Origin: an uncultured delta proteobacterium
Lineage (GTDB): Bacteria; Desulfobacterota; Binatia; DP-6
Assembly: GCA_963815115.1 (NCBI GenBank)
Contig: CAWFFN010000009.1
Coordinates: forward strand, 672,001-736,000
Length of the DNA: 64,000 nucleotides
Direction: 5' to 3'
The first letter of the stretch is position 1. Every line of letters starts with the position of its first letter. The notes beneath the pieces were generated by a model that was not told where the DNA came from, made no database searches, and saw only the letters and a list, made by a program, of their open reading frames with translations. Shown here in pieces: positions 1 to 10,248 of this stretch. The position numbers were made by a program, and so were the translations under genes.

Positions 1-411
1 CTCGAGGTCGCTCGTCAGCTCGACCGGCAGGCCGCCCGCCTCGACGATGGCGAAGGTGCGTCCTCCGACGTCGAGCACGTTGGTGTTGGCGGTGCCGTCG
101 CCCATGCCGTGCCGCGGGCCCTCGACCGCGGGCCACCCGAAGAACTCGGTCACCCGGTCGGAGCGTACCCAGCGCCGGCGATACCACTCGGCGCGGCCGT
201 CGCGCAGCCGCACGCCGTGCACCATGCCGGGACCGGTGAACCAGTGATAGGTCGCGGCGTCCTCGTTGGGCAGCGGGTTGGGCCCGATGCGCAGGAAGCG
301 GCCGGCCAGCTCCGGCGGGATCGTCCCGGTCACGCGCAGCTCGTGCGCGGTGACCTCGTCGGGCACCGGCGCGAAGTTTCCGGCGAGATAGCTATTCGAC
401 GTGTCGGTCAT
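1..411 (-). CDS. Carotenoid oxygenase / RPE65-family dioxygenase (5' part, runs off the window)
   Basis: Manual translation from ATG at 411: MTDTSNSYLAGNFAPVPDEVT...VTGTIPPELAGRFLRIGPNP...HWFTGPGMVHGVRLRDGRAEWYRRRWVRS...ANTNV, the typical N-terminus of this family. ATGA overlap with the TetR stop. Not in the ORF track. Confidence 0.85.
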   Translation of the reverse strand, partial: MTDTSNSYLAGNFAPVPDEVTAHELRVTGTIPPELAGRFLRIGPNPLPNEDAATYHWFTGPGMVHGVRLRDGRAEWYRRRWVRSDRVTEFFGWPAVEGPRHGMGDGTANTNVLDVGGRTFAIVEAGGLPVELTSDLE

Positions 412-1067
412 CGGGGCTTCCTCCTGAGCGGGCGTTGCGCGGTTCTCGGCGTGCTCCGGGGTGACGCCGGGGGCGCGGGGCGTACCCCGAGGAGCACGTC
501 GTGCATGACGCGGAGCGTGGGATCGAGTTCGCGGTCGCCGGCGCCTTGCAGGGCGCCCTGGAGCCAGAGCTGGGCGAGACCGTGGACCGAGGCCCAGACG
601 ACGGCGGCAAGGTGCACGGTGGGGACGTCGGGGTGGAAGCCCGATGCCTGCGCCGCCGCGACCAGCTCGCAGAGCTGGCCGAAGGCCCTGGCGCCGGCCT
701 CGCGGTAGTCGGCGGACGTGGCGTCCACGCGCTCGGGATGGAACATGAGCGCGAAGACGCCGGGGCTGCCGAGCGCGAAGCCGACGTAGCCGCGGCCGGC
801 CGCGGCCAGGCGCTCGAGGGCGGTGGCGCGGCGGGGCGCTCCGGCGACGGCCGCGGCCACCGAGTCGAACAGCTCGCGGAACCCGAGGGCCGCGACCGCG
901 GACAGCAGGGTGGCCAGGGAGGGGAAGTGCCGTAGCGGCGCGCCGTGCGACAGCCCGCCGCGGCGGGCGATCTCGCGCAGCGTGAGAGGCTCGAGGCCGT
1001 CGGCGTCGAGCAGGCGGCGGGCGGTGGTGAGCAGGTGCTCGCGGGTGGGAAGCGCGACCGCCTCCAT
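408..1067 (-). CDS. TetR/AcrR family transcriptional regulator (WHG-type C-terminus)
   Basis: N-terminal HTH LTLREIARRGGLSHGAPLRHFPS; C-terminal WASVHGLA motif. Confidence 0.9.
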   Translation of the reverse strand: MEAVALPTREHLLTTARRLLDADGLEPLTLREIARRGGLSHGAPLRHFPSLATLLSAVAALGFRELFDSVAAAVAGAPRRATALERLAAAGRGYVGFALGSPGVFALMFHPERVDATSADYREAGARAFGQLCELVAAAQASGFHPDVPTVHLAAVVWASVHGLAQLWLQGALQGAGDRELDPTLRVMHDVLLGVRPAPPASPRSTPRTAQRPLRRKPR

Positions 1068-1105
1068 GTAGACGGTGTCTACTTCGGTCTGTAGACAGTG
1101 TCAAC
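1068..1105. promoter_or_regulatory. Two palindromic operators GTAGAC-N3-GTC(T/A)AC overlapping the tetR promoter
   Basis: GTAGACggtGTCTAC at 1068-1082 and GTAGACagtGTCAAC at 1091-1105. The minus strand reads TTGACA-N17-TAGACA just upstream of the tetR ATG. Confidence 0.7.
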
Positions 1106-1118
1106 CGACCGTTCGGGC

Positions 1119-1148
1119 TTGACTCGGCAGATGCAACCGAAATATTCT
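1119..1148 (+). promoter_or_regulatory. Sigma70-like promoter of ahcY
   Basis: TTGACT-N18-TATTCT, followed by an AGGAGG RBS before ATG 1211. Confidence 0.5.
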
Positions 1149-1210
1149 AGCATCCGGATAGACGGATTTGAGCCGCGGCGATCCGTGGCCGACCCGAGAG
1201 GAGGACGCTC

Positions 1211-2686
<1,476 letters not shown>

Positions 2687-2712
2687 GCGATCGCGGCGCG
2701 CTCACGACGCGC

Positions 2713-3861
2713 TCACACGAGGAGCGCGCCCACGGTGTCGGCAAAGCGCAGCCCGCGCGGGGTGAGGCGCAGGCGGCCGTCGCTGCTCCCGACGAGACCG
2801 TCGCGCGTGAGCCCCGCGAGCTGGGGAAACGCGGCGGCGAGCGCGATCCCGAAGCGGCGCTCGAACTCCGCGACGTCGACGCCGGCGAGGCGGCGCAGTC
2901 CGGTGATGACGAAGTCGCCGCGCGCCTGCGCCTCGACGAGGTGCTCCTCGCCCGCGACGGCGGTGCCGTGCTGCGCGACGGCGGCGCGCCAGTGCTGCGG
3001 TAGCCGCAGGTTCCACCAGCGCCGGCCGGTCGTCCCGGTGGCGCAGAACGAGTGCGCGCCCGGCCCCAGACCCAGGTAGTCCGATCCGTCCCAGTAGGTC
3101 GTGTTGTGGCGCGACTCGAAGCCGGCCCGCGCCCAGCTGGATATCTCGTAGCGCGCGAACCCGGCGACCGTGAGGCGATCTGCGGCGACCTCGGCCATCG
3201 CGCTCTCCAGGTCGTCGTCGGCGGCGGCGAGCCGGCCCTGCGATCGCCAGGCATGAAACGGCGTCCCCTCCTCCCACGTGAGCGCGTACGCCGACACGTG
3301 TTCGGGGGCGAGCGCGACGGCCTGTGCAAGGTCGTCCTGCCACATCGCGAGGGTCTGGCCGGGGACGGCGAAGATGAGGTCCAGGCTCAGGTTGGCGAAT
3401 CTCGCCGCGCGAGCCGCCGCCACCGCGCTCCGGGTCTCGTCGGGTGAATGGTCGCGTCCCAGCGTGCGCAGCACCGCGGGATGAAACGACTGGGCGCCGA
3501 GCGACAGCCGCGTCACCCCGGCCTCATGGTAGGCGGCGAGGCGGTCGCCGGTGAGGGTGCCGGGGTTGGCCTCCAAGGTGACCTCGGCGCTGGCCTCGAG
3601 TCCGTGCCGCCGCGCGCCCGCGAGCAGGGAGGCGACGGTTGCGGGCGACAGGAGCGACGGCGTTCCGCCGCCGAGATACAGGCTGCGCATGGATCGGCCG
3701 CGCCATTCCGCGCGCGCGGCCCATGCCGCCAGCTCGGCGAGGTACGCCGCGAGGTCGTCCGCCTCCGGGGGCGTGGAGGCGGCGTGGACGTTGAAGTCGC
3801 AGTACGGACAGACGTGCCGGCACCAGGGCACGTGCACGTAGACGGCGTACGGTGCCGGCAT
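2713..3861 (-). CDS. hemW: Radical SAM heme chaperone HemW (HemN-like)
   Basis: YVHVPWCRHVCPYCDFN (CxxxCxxC), GGGTPS, EANP, YEISSWA, HNTTYW, GLGPGAHS. Confidence 0.9.
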   Translation of the reverse strand: MPAPYAVYVHVPWCRHVCPYCDFNVHAASTPPEADDLAAYLAELAAWAARAEWRGRSMRSLYLGGGTPSLLSPATVASLLAGARRHGLEASAEVTLEANPGTLTGDRLAAYHEAGVTRLSLGAQSFHPAVLRTLGRDHSPDETRSAVAAARAARFANLSLDLIFAVPGQTLAMWQDDLAQAVALAPEHVSAYALTWEEGTPFHAWRSQGRLAAADDDLESAMAEVAADRLTVAGFARYEISSWARAGFESRHNTTYWDGSDYLGLGPGAHSFCATGTTGRRWWNLRLPQHWRAAVAQHGTAVAGEEHLVEAQARGDFVITGLRRLAGVDVAEFERRFGIALAAAFPQLAGLTRDGLVGSSDGRLRLTPRGLRFADTVGALLV

Positions 3862-3867
3862 CGCGGC

Positions 3868-4467
3868 TCACCGATAGCGGCGCACGAGCCCGACGACCAC
3901 CCCGCGAATCTCCACCTCGTCCTCGCGCGCGACGATGGGCTCCACTCGCTCGTTGGCCGGGACGAGATGTACCCGCCCGCGCCGCCGCGAGAGTCGCTTC
4001 ACGGTGGCTTCCCCGCGCACGAGCGCGACGACGGTGGCGCCGTTCGGGGCGTCGGCGCGCGACTCGACGACGATCACGTCGCCCTCGAGGATGCCGTCGC
4101 CGATCATGGAGTCGCCGATCACGCGCAGGGCGAAGGTCTCGCCGCGGCCGAGGAGGTCCTCGGGCAGCAGGATCGTCTCGCTCACCTCGACGGGCTCGAT
4201 CGGATTGCCGGCGGCGACCCGCCCCAGCAGCGGGACGTTGATCGCACGCCCGTCTGCGGTCCGGTCGATCACCTCCGCGGAGCGGCTCTGGCGTGCGCGG
4301 CGCCGGATGGCGCCACGGCCCTCGAGGCGCGTGAGATGCTTGTGCACGGTGGCCAGCGAGGTCACGCCGAGATGACGGCCGATCTCCTCGAGCGACGGAC
4401 CGTAGCCGTGCTCCCGCATGTAGCCGCGGAGGTAGTCGAGGACCTGCTTCTGCCGCCGCGTCACCAC
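3868..4467 (-). CDS. lexA: SOS repressor LexA
   Basis: wHTH TRRQKQVLDYL...PSLEEIG...ATVHKHL; VAAG cleavage site; GDSM catalytic Ser; ATVKR catalytic Lys. Start placed at GTG 4467. Confidence 0.95.
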   Translation of the reverse strand: MVTRRQKQVLDYLRGYMREHGYGPSLEEIGRHLGVTSLATVHKHLTRLEGRGAIRRRARQSRSAEVIDRTADGRAINVPLLGRVAAGNPIEPVEVSETILLPEDLLGRGETFALRVIGDSMIGDGILEGDVIVVESRADAPNGATVVALVRGEATVKRLSRRRGRVHLVPANERVEPIVAREDEVEIRGVVVGLVRRYR

Positions 4468-4474
4468 CTCCCCC

Positions 4475-4503
4475 TTCATAGGCAAAGAAAAGACGAAGCT
4501 CAA
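4475..4503 (-). promoter_or_regulatory. lexA promoter (probably leaderless)
   Basis: TTGAGC-N17-TATGAA, 7 nt before GTG 4467. Confidence 0.5.
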
Positions 4504-4580
4504 CCGTTCCGCTGCCGGATCTTGCCGGCGGGTCCCGAGAGCCGCAGACTCGGCCATCACTGCGATGCGGAGGGTCATCA

Positions 4581-4820
4581 ATGTGGCGTACGGCGTTCTT
4601 CGTCATGCTCGTCGGTGTGGCTGCGATGGCGAGGCCTCGCATAGCGGACGCCGCCTATGGCAGTGTCACCTGCTGCTTCGCCGCCTCGATCATCGACGGT
4701 GCGCCGCCGCGACCGGCCTGCATCGTACTCAACGTGCGCGCGCGCGTGCGCCCGAAGGCGCGGGCCCGCCTGGTCTGCCGCCTCGTCGGCGGCCGGCCGC
4801 AGCCGCGCGCGGTGCACTGA
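4581..4820 (+). CDS. Small secreted Cys-containing basic hypothetical protein
   Basis: Signal-peptide-like N-terminus MWRTAFFVMLVGVAAMA; four Cys in the mature part. Confidence 0.5.
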   Translation: MWRTAFFVMLVGVAAMARPRIADAAYGSVTCCFAASIIDGAPPRPACIVLNVRARVRPKARARLVCRLVGGRPQPRAVH

Positions 4821-6358
4821 TTCTCGCTCTCCTCCTGGGAGTCGGCGCGCGTGTCGCTGCGCAGGCGCCGGGCGACGTTCAGCCCTATGGCGACGGGTCG
4901 CCGCCGCCCGACGCCGGCATCTCGGCTCCGCCGCCCCCGCCCGACGAAGGGCCGGCCGCCGCAACGACTCCCGACGAACCCGAGATGTCGGAGCCGGCGC
5001 CCCCGCCCGCGCCCCCCGCGATGCCCACCGCGCCGGCGCCAGCCGAGGCCCCGGTACCCGACGCTTCTGCCCCCCCCACGCCGGCGCCCGCCGCGCCGCC
5101 ACCTGCCGTCGCCGTCCCTGCGACCGGCACGAGCCCGGCCGCTGCGCCCGCTGCGACTCCGCCGGCACCCGCGGCCGGCGCCCCAGTGCCCGCGCCGAAC
5201 CCGGCGCCTCCGCCCGGCCTCACGAACGTCCCCGCGCCAGCGGCCGCTCCGATGCTGGGTACGATTCCCTCGCCGACCATCCCACCGGCGCCCGCGGTCC
5301 CCGCGTCGGCTCCGGTGGCTGCGGGCGTTCCCGCAGCCACCGGTCCTACCGGACCCGGCACGGCTCCCGCACCCGGGCCCGGCGTTCCGCCGGCGGCAGC
5401 GATGCGAACGTCGGTGCCCAAGGCGGTCCCCTCGTCTCCGCCAGGGGCCCACACCGGACCAGGCGGGCTCCCTCTGCTACTGCCAGGCGGGGTGGGCGCG
5501 CCTGCACCGACCGGGCGCCACGCGCCGGTCGTGCCTCCGCCATCACCGGCCACGGCCACCCTCCCGGCACCGACCGGTCCTCGCACGCCCGCGCCCGCGG
5601 CCGCGGCTGCGCCATCCGAGGGGACGGGGCCCGGTGCGCCGCAGCGCGACATCAGCCTCAAGGGTGATCGCCTGACCGTCCGGGTCACCGCCGTGTCCCT
5701 CGACGAGGTGCTCGCGACCATCGCCGAGCAGAGCAACGCCGAGATCAGGGGATCGGTGCTCGCCCAGCGCGACGTCACCACGGACTTCGAGAATGTCCCG
5801 GTGCAGGACGGCCTGCATCGGATTCTCGGCGATCAGAACTTCCTCCTCACCTATCGCGAGGACGGTACGCTGCGCACCATGACGCTCCTCGGCGGGCCGG
5901 AGACGGCACCGCCGCCGACCCGGGTGGTCAAGGCCGGCTCGGGCGGTCCGGCGACGCAGCCCCCCACGGTGGCAGAGCTGATGCAGCGAGCCATCCCGGT
6001 TCCGGCCGGCAGCAAGCTGGCGCGCTTCCTCGGGCACGATACCGCGACGCTTCAGCAGCTCGCCGACGTCGCGCGCAGCCAGGACGACGTCGGTCTTCGC
6101 ATGGAGGCGATGCGCGCCGGAGTGGGTGCCATCGACTCGCAGCAGGACCTGCGGGCCGCCACCGTCAAGTCACTCGGCGAGGTGGACGACGCCACCCTCG
6201 AGAACCTGGTGCAAGGAATGGCGGGCGATCGCGCCCGGGAGATGGTGTCGCAGCTCGCGACGCTGTCTCACACCAGCGAGATCCGTACCCGCCTGCTCAG
6301 AGTGCTTCGCAGCATGAACGCCTCGGGGCCTGGCAGCGCGGCCCCGCCCACACCCTGA
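4775..6358 (+). CDS. Secreted Pro/Ala-rich protein with a secretin/TonB N-terminal (STN)-like domain; start uncertain
   Basis: Signal-like segment RRRPAAAARGALILALLLGVGARVAAQ; long P/A-rich linker; DRLTVRVTAVSLDEVLATIAEQSNAEI...FENVPVQDGLHRILG resembles STN/N0 domains. Confidence 0.6.
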   Translation: MPPRRRPAAAARGALILALLLGVGARVAAQAPGDVQPYGDGSPPPDAGISAPPPPPDEGPAAATTPDEPEMSEPAPPPAPPAMPTAPAPAEAPVPDASAPPTPAPAAPPPAVAVPATGTSPAAAPAATPPAPAAGAPVPAPNPAPPPGLTNVPAPAAAPMLGTIPSPTIPPAPAVPASAPVAAGVPAATGPTGPGTAPAPGPGVPPAAAMRTSVPKAVPSSPPGAHTGPGGLPLLLPGGVGAPAPTGRHAPVVPPPSPATATLPAPTGPRTPAPAAAAAPSEGTGPGAPQRDISLKGDRLTVRVTAVSLDEVLATIAEQSNAEIRGSVLAQRDVTTDFENVPVQDGLHRILGDQNFLLTYREDGTLRTMTLLGGPETAPPPTRVVKAGSGGPATQPPTVAELMQRAIPVPAGSKLARFLGHDTATLQQLADVARSQDDVGLRMEAMRAGVGAIDSQQDLRAATVKSLGEVDDATLENLVQGMAGDRAREMVSQLATLSHTSEIRTRLLRVLRSMNASGPGSAAPPTP

Positions 6359-6362
6359 GTCC

Positions 6363-7412
6363 TCACGACCTCGGCGCCGTGGCGGAGGCGGCTCCGGGCG
6401 CTTGCCGGCGCGTCCGCTCGTAGCGCCGGTAGCGGGCCACGGCGGCGTTGTGGCGCGCGAGGTCGACGTTGAACTCGTGCGAGCCGTCACCGCGAGCGAC
6501 GAAGTAGAGGTAGGGCACGGGGGCCGGATCCACCGCGGCTTCGAGCGAGGCACGTCCGGGGTTGGCGATCGGCGTCGGCGGCAGGCCCTGCATGATGTAG
6601 GTGTTGTGTGACGTCGGGCGAGCGAGGTCGGCGCGCGTGATGCGCCGGTTGCCGTCGGTGCGGTCGTAGAGCACCGTTGGATCGGCCTGCAGCGGCATGC
6701 CGCGCTTCAGCCGGTTCAGGAAGACGGCGGCGACCAGTGGTCGTTCGTCGGGCCGCGCCGTCTCCTCCTCGACGAGCGACGCGAGGACGACCGCCTGCTG
6801 CGGATCCAGGCCGACCCGCGCGGCTCGCTCGGCCAGGTCGGGAGTGAAGACCTCGTGGAAGCGGCGGATCATGGTGTGCAGGACGCGTTCGGGCTGGGTG
6901 CCCAGGGGGAACGAGTAGGTGTCCGGGAAGAGGTACCCTTCCGCACCCGTGGGTGGCAGACCCTCCGCTGCCAGGAAGTGGGGGTCCGCCAGGAGCCCGC
7001 GGAAGGCTTCCTCGGAGCCGAGACCGGCGGCAGCGAGCGCGGCGATCACCTGCTGGACCGTCGTGCCCTCCGGGAGGGTCACGGCGTGCAGCGCATCGGC
7101 GGGCCCGGTGAGCCGGGCGAGCAGCTCTCGCGGCGAGAGAGGCTGCGTCAAGCGAAACTCCCCCCAGTGCACGTTACGGTCCTGTCCCGTGAGGTGCGCC
7201 CACAGGACGAACAGCCGGGGGTGGCGCAGGACTCCCTGGGCGGCCAGGTCGCCTGCCACGTCGCCGAGGCGCTGGTGCTCGTGAACGGTCACGGTGACCG
7301 GCTCGGGCATCGCGGGACCGCTCTGGTAGAGGAGCAGCGCGGTGCTCCCCGTCACCACGACGAGCGTCGCCGCGACGGCGGACGCGATTGCTGCGAGCCG
7401 GCGTCGAGTCAC
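6363..7412 (-). CDS. mltG: Endolytic transglycosylase MltG (YceG)
   Basis: TM anchor, VTLPEG, EGYLFPDTY, LASLVEEET, NRLKRGMPLQADPT, NTY..GLPPTPIANPG, YLYFV. GTG start overlaps the ruvX stop. Confidence 0.93.
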   Translation of the reverse strand: MTRRRLAAIASAVAATLVVVTGSTALLLYQSGPAMPEPVTVTVHEHQRLGDVAGDLAAQGVLRHPRLFVLWAHLTGQDRNVHWGEFRLTQPLSPRELLARLTGPADALHAVTLPEGTTVQQVIAALAAAGLGSEEAFRGLLADPHFLAAEGLPPTGAEGYLFPDTYSFPLGTQPERVLHTMIRRFHEVFTPDLAERAARVGLDPQQAVVLASLVEEETARPDERPLVAAVFLNRLKRGMPLQADPTVLYDRTDGNRRITRADLARPTSHNTYIMQGLPPTPIANPGRASLEAAVDPAPVPYLYFVARGDGSHEFNVDLARHNAAVARYRRYERTRRQAPGAASATAPRS

Positions 7413-7819
7413 ACTGGCCTTGCGAGGTATGATTCGAGAATGATTGCCGCGGCTTCCTGATCCACCACCGCTCGCCTTCTCGCCGAGGAGAGCCCGGCAG
7501 CGCGCAGGGAGCTCTCGGCCTCGAAGGTGGTGAGCCGCTCGTCCCACAGCTCGACGGGAAGCCCGAGATGCGAGCCGATGCGCTCGGCGAATGCCCGCAC
7601 GCGCCGTGCCTGCGGGCCTTCGGTCCCGTCCATGTTGAGGGGCAGCCCGACGACCAGCCTGGCCGGCTCGTACGGACCCAGGGCGTGCGCGATCGCTTCG
7701 AGGTCTCGCCGACCTCCCATCCGGCGTACCAGACCGACTCCGCGCACCGTGAGTTCCAGCTCATCGCAGACGGCGAGCCCGATGCGCGCGTCGCCCACGT
7801 CGAGCGCTGCAAGGCGCAT
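7409..7819 (-). CDS. ruvX: Holliday junction resolvase-like / pre-16S rRNA nuclease RuvX (YqgF)
   Basis: ALDVGDARIGLAVCD, VVGLPLNMDGTEG, WDERLTT, VDQEAAAIILESYL. Confidence 0.95.
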   Translation of the reverse strand: MRLAALDVGDARIGLAVCDELELTVRGVGLVRRMGGRRDLEAIAHALGPYEPARLVVGLPLNMDGTEGPQARRVRAFAERIGSHLGLPVELWDERLTTFEAESSLRAAGLSSARRRAVVDQEAAAIILESYLARPV

Positions 7820-7981
7820 GGTCTTCGTGGTAGCACCCCCCTCGCCGAAGGGGCAAACCGCGGCGTCCGGACGCAGCGTCGGGCCGCGAACGTTGACAAG
7901 GTCCCATCCCTTTGGCAGGGTGCGCGAAACCTAGCGATTCCAGCGTCGCGTTCCCCAGCGCGGCGATCGGAGGACCGACAG

Positions 7982-9421
7982 ATGATGTCGAGACGCCGAA
8001 GCCACGTAGGGGTGTCACAGCACGGAGTGCGTTCCGTCGTTTTCCTGTGCGTGACGACCTTGCTGATGCCCTCCCTCGCTGGCGCTCGCAGCAGGCGCAG
8101 CGCGGGTGCGGGGCCGGACAGCCTCGGCGAGGAGGAGTCGCGCCGCGACACCACGACGCCGGCCGCGACCTTCGACGACGGGACTCCGGGATCGGCGGAG
8201 CCCGGTCCGTCCGACGTGCCGGCAGAGCCGCCCGCGACACACGAGAGCCGCTCCGAAGCCACGTTCGGCGTCTCGGGTGAGGTCGACGAGCACGTCCACA
8301 TACGCCGGGGTGACACGCTCGAGCACATCCTTCTGCTGAAGGGGCTGGGCGCCGCGGAGTCGGCGCCGTGGCTGCGCGCCGCGCAGGGGGTATACGATCT
8401 GCGGCTGGTGCAGCCGAAGCGGGGATTCTCCCTCAAGTTCGACCGCGCCACGCGCCAGCTCGAGTCGGTGCGGTACGAGATCGACGGTCGCTCGCTGCTC
8501 GTGCTCCAGCGCGGCGCCGACGGCTACACCGTCACCGGGCATCGCGAGGCGCTGCCCTACTTCGTGGAGGTGAAGGGCGCGGCCGGGCGGATCGAGCGCG
8601 GCCTGCGCGAGGACACGATGGAGGCGGGGGTGCCGCCGGGCATCGCCTCGGAGATGGTCGACATCTTCGGCTGGGACCTCGACGTCGGAGCCCGTCTCGC
8701 GCCCGGGGACGAGTTCCGTGTCATCTACGAAAACCTGTGGGAGACCGGAAAGTCGGAGGCGACCCCGGGCAAGATCCTCGGCGCCGAGATCATCACGCGC
8801 GGCCAGCCGCTCACCGCGGTGCTCTTCGAGAGCGAGGACGGCTCCGGCGGCTACTATCGACCCGACGGAGGGGCGCTGTCGCGCGACTTCCTGCGCTATC
8901 CCCTCGAATACCGCGAGATCAGCTCCGAGTTCTCCATGAACCGCTATCATCCCATCCTGCACCGCTGGCGGCCGCACATGGGGGTCGATCTGGCGGCACC
9001 TCGCGGAACTCCGGTGCGGGCGGTGGCCGACGGCTGGGTGAAGGACGCCGGCTGGATGGGAGGACTCGGACGCGCGGTGCGTCTCGAGCACATGGGTGAC
9101 CGCGTCACCACCTATGGCCACCTCGTCGAGGTCGCCCCCGGCATCAAGGAGGGGGTCACGGTCGAGCAGGGTCAGGTGATCGGCTACGTGGGCTCCACGG
9201 GCCTCGCCACCGGCAACCACCTGCACTACGAGGTCGAGGAAGGCGGGACCGTGCTCGATCCCATGGAGTTCCAGGCCGAGCCCGATTCGCCGGTGGCCGA
9301 CCAGCAGCGCCGGGCGTTCGACAGGGTGCGCGCGAAGGTGACGCGCTCGCTCGCGAGCCTGACGGTGAACGATCGGCCGACGGCGGTGTCGCTCTCGGCG
9401 GCCGAAGTGCCCTCGGAGTAG
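7982..9421 (+). CDS. M23 family peptidoglycan DD-metalloendopeptidase (MepM-like)
   Basis: Signal/TM segment, RRGDTL, HMGVDLAAPRGTPV, YGHL, GSTGLATGNHLHYEV (HxxxD and HxH motifs). Confidence 0.9.
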   Translation: MMSRRRSHVGVSQHGVRSVVFLCVTTLLMPSLAGARSRRSAGAGPDSLGEEESRRDTTTPAATFDDGTPGSAEPGPSDVPAEPPATHESRSEATFGVSGEVDEHVHIRRGDTLEHILLLKGLGAAESAPWLRAAQGVYDLRLVQPKRGFSLKFDRATRQLESVRYEIDGRSLLVLQRGADGYTVTGHREALPYFVEVKGAAGRIERGLREDTMEAGVPPGIASEMVDIFGWDLDVGARLAPGDEFRVIYENLWETGKSEATPGKILGAEIITRGQPLTAVLFESEDGSGGYYRPDGGALSRDFLRYPLEYREISSEFSMNRYHPILHRWRPHMGVDLAAPRGTPVRAVADGWVKDAGWMGGLGRAVRLEHMGDRVTTYGHLVEVAPGIKEGVTVEQGQVIGYVGSTGLATGNHLHYEVEEGGTVLDPMEFQAEPDSPVADQQRRAFDRVRAKVTRSLASLTVNDRPTAVSLSAAEVPSE

Positions 9422-9424
9422 GCG

Positions 9425-10219
9425 ACGCGCTATCGGGAGGGACCTCGCCCGCGGCTCTTCGCGCACCGCGGGGCCTCCGGCACCCATCCCGAGAACACCC
9501 TCGAGAGCTTCGCGGCGGCCCTCGCGGCCGGCGCCGAGCGGCTCGAGCTCGACGTCCATGCGACGGCCGACGGCCACGTCGTCGTGCTGCACGACCCCAC
9601 GCTCGATCGCACGACCGACGGCCGGGGTGCGGTTCGCGAGCGCACCCTCGCCGAGGTGAAGGCACTCGATGCCGGGTACCAGTTCGCCGGCGCGGACGGC
9701 GGCCACCCCTGGCGAGGTCGCGGGGTGCAGGTGCCCACCCTCGACGAGCTCCTGGCGGCGCATCCGGGCGTACCGCTCAACATCGAGTTGAAGCAGGAGG
9801 AGCCGGCCATCGTGGGTGACGTCCTGGCCGCGCTCGACCGTCACGCGGCGCGCGAGCGCACGCTGCTCGCCGCCGAGCACGCGCCGATCATGACGAGCAT
9901 CCGCGCCCAGGCCCCCGACATCCTGACCAGCTGCTCGGCGGCCGAGGTGGCCGACTTCGTCTTCCGCGTGCGTGACGGCAACCTCGAGGGCTGGACGCCG
10001 CCCGGCCTCGCGCTCCAGGTACCCCCGAGCTACCAGGGCATCGACATCGTCACGGCCGACTCCGTGGCCGCGGCCCACCGTCTCGGGCTCGAGGTGCACG
10101 TCTGGACGATCGACGCCGCCGCCGAGATGGACGCGCTGCTCGACCTCGGCGTCGACGGCATCATGACGAACCTGCCCGCGCTCGGCATGGCGGTGTTCCG
10201 CCGCCGCGGTCTGCGCTAG
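9425..10219 (+). CDS. Glycerophosphodiester phosphodiesterase (non-canonical start)
   Basis: The frame upstream of the listed ORF reads PRLFAHRGASGTHPENTLESF...ELDVHATADGHVVVLHD; also NIELK, VHVWTID, GVDGIMTN. Confidence 0.88.
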   Translation, partial: TRYREGPRPRLFAHRGASGTHPENTLESFAAALAAGAERLELDVHATADGHVVVLHDPTLDRTTDGRGAVRERTLAEVKALDAGYQFAGADGGHPWRGRGVQVPTLDELLAAHPGVPLNIELKQEEPAIVGDVLAALDRHAARERTLLAAEHAPIMTSIRAQAPDILTSCSAAEVADFVFRVRDGNLEGWTPPGLALQVPPSYQGIDIVTADSVAAAHRLGLEVHVWTIDAAAEMDALLDLGVDGIMTNLPALGMAVFRRRGLR

Positions 10220-10248
10220 GCCGCGCGCACGGCAGAGCGCCCGGCTGC

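Noticed and set aside
1149-1210. SAH riboswitch or SahR operator upstream of ahcY
   Set aside because: The leader is short and I could not see the SAH riboswitch consensus. ATATTCTAGCATCCGGATAG is only a weak palindrome. An Infernal/Rfam search is needed.
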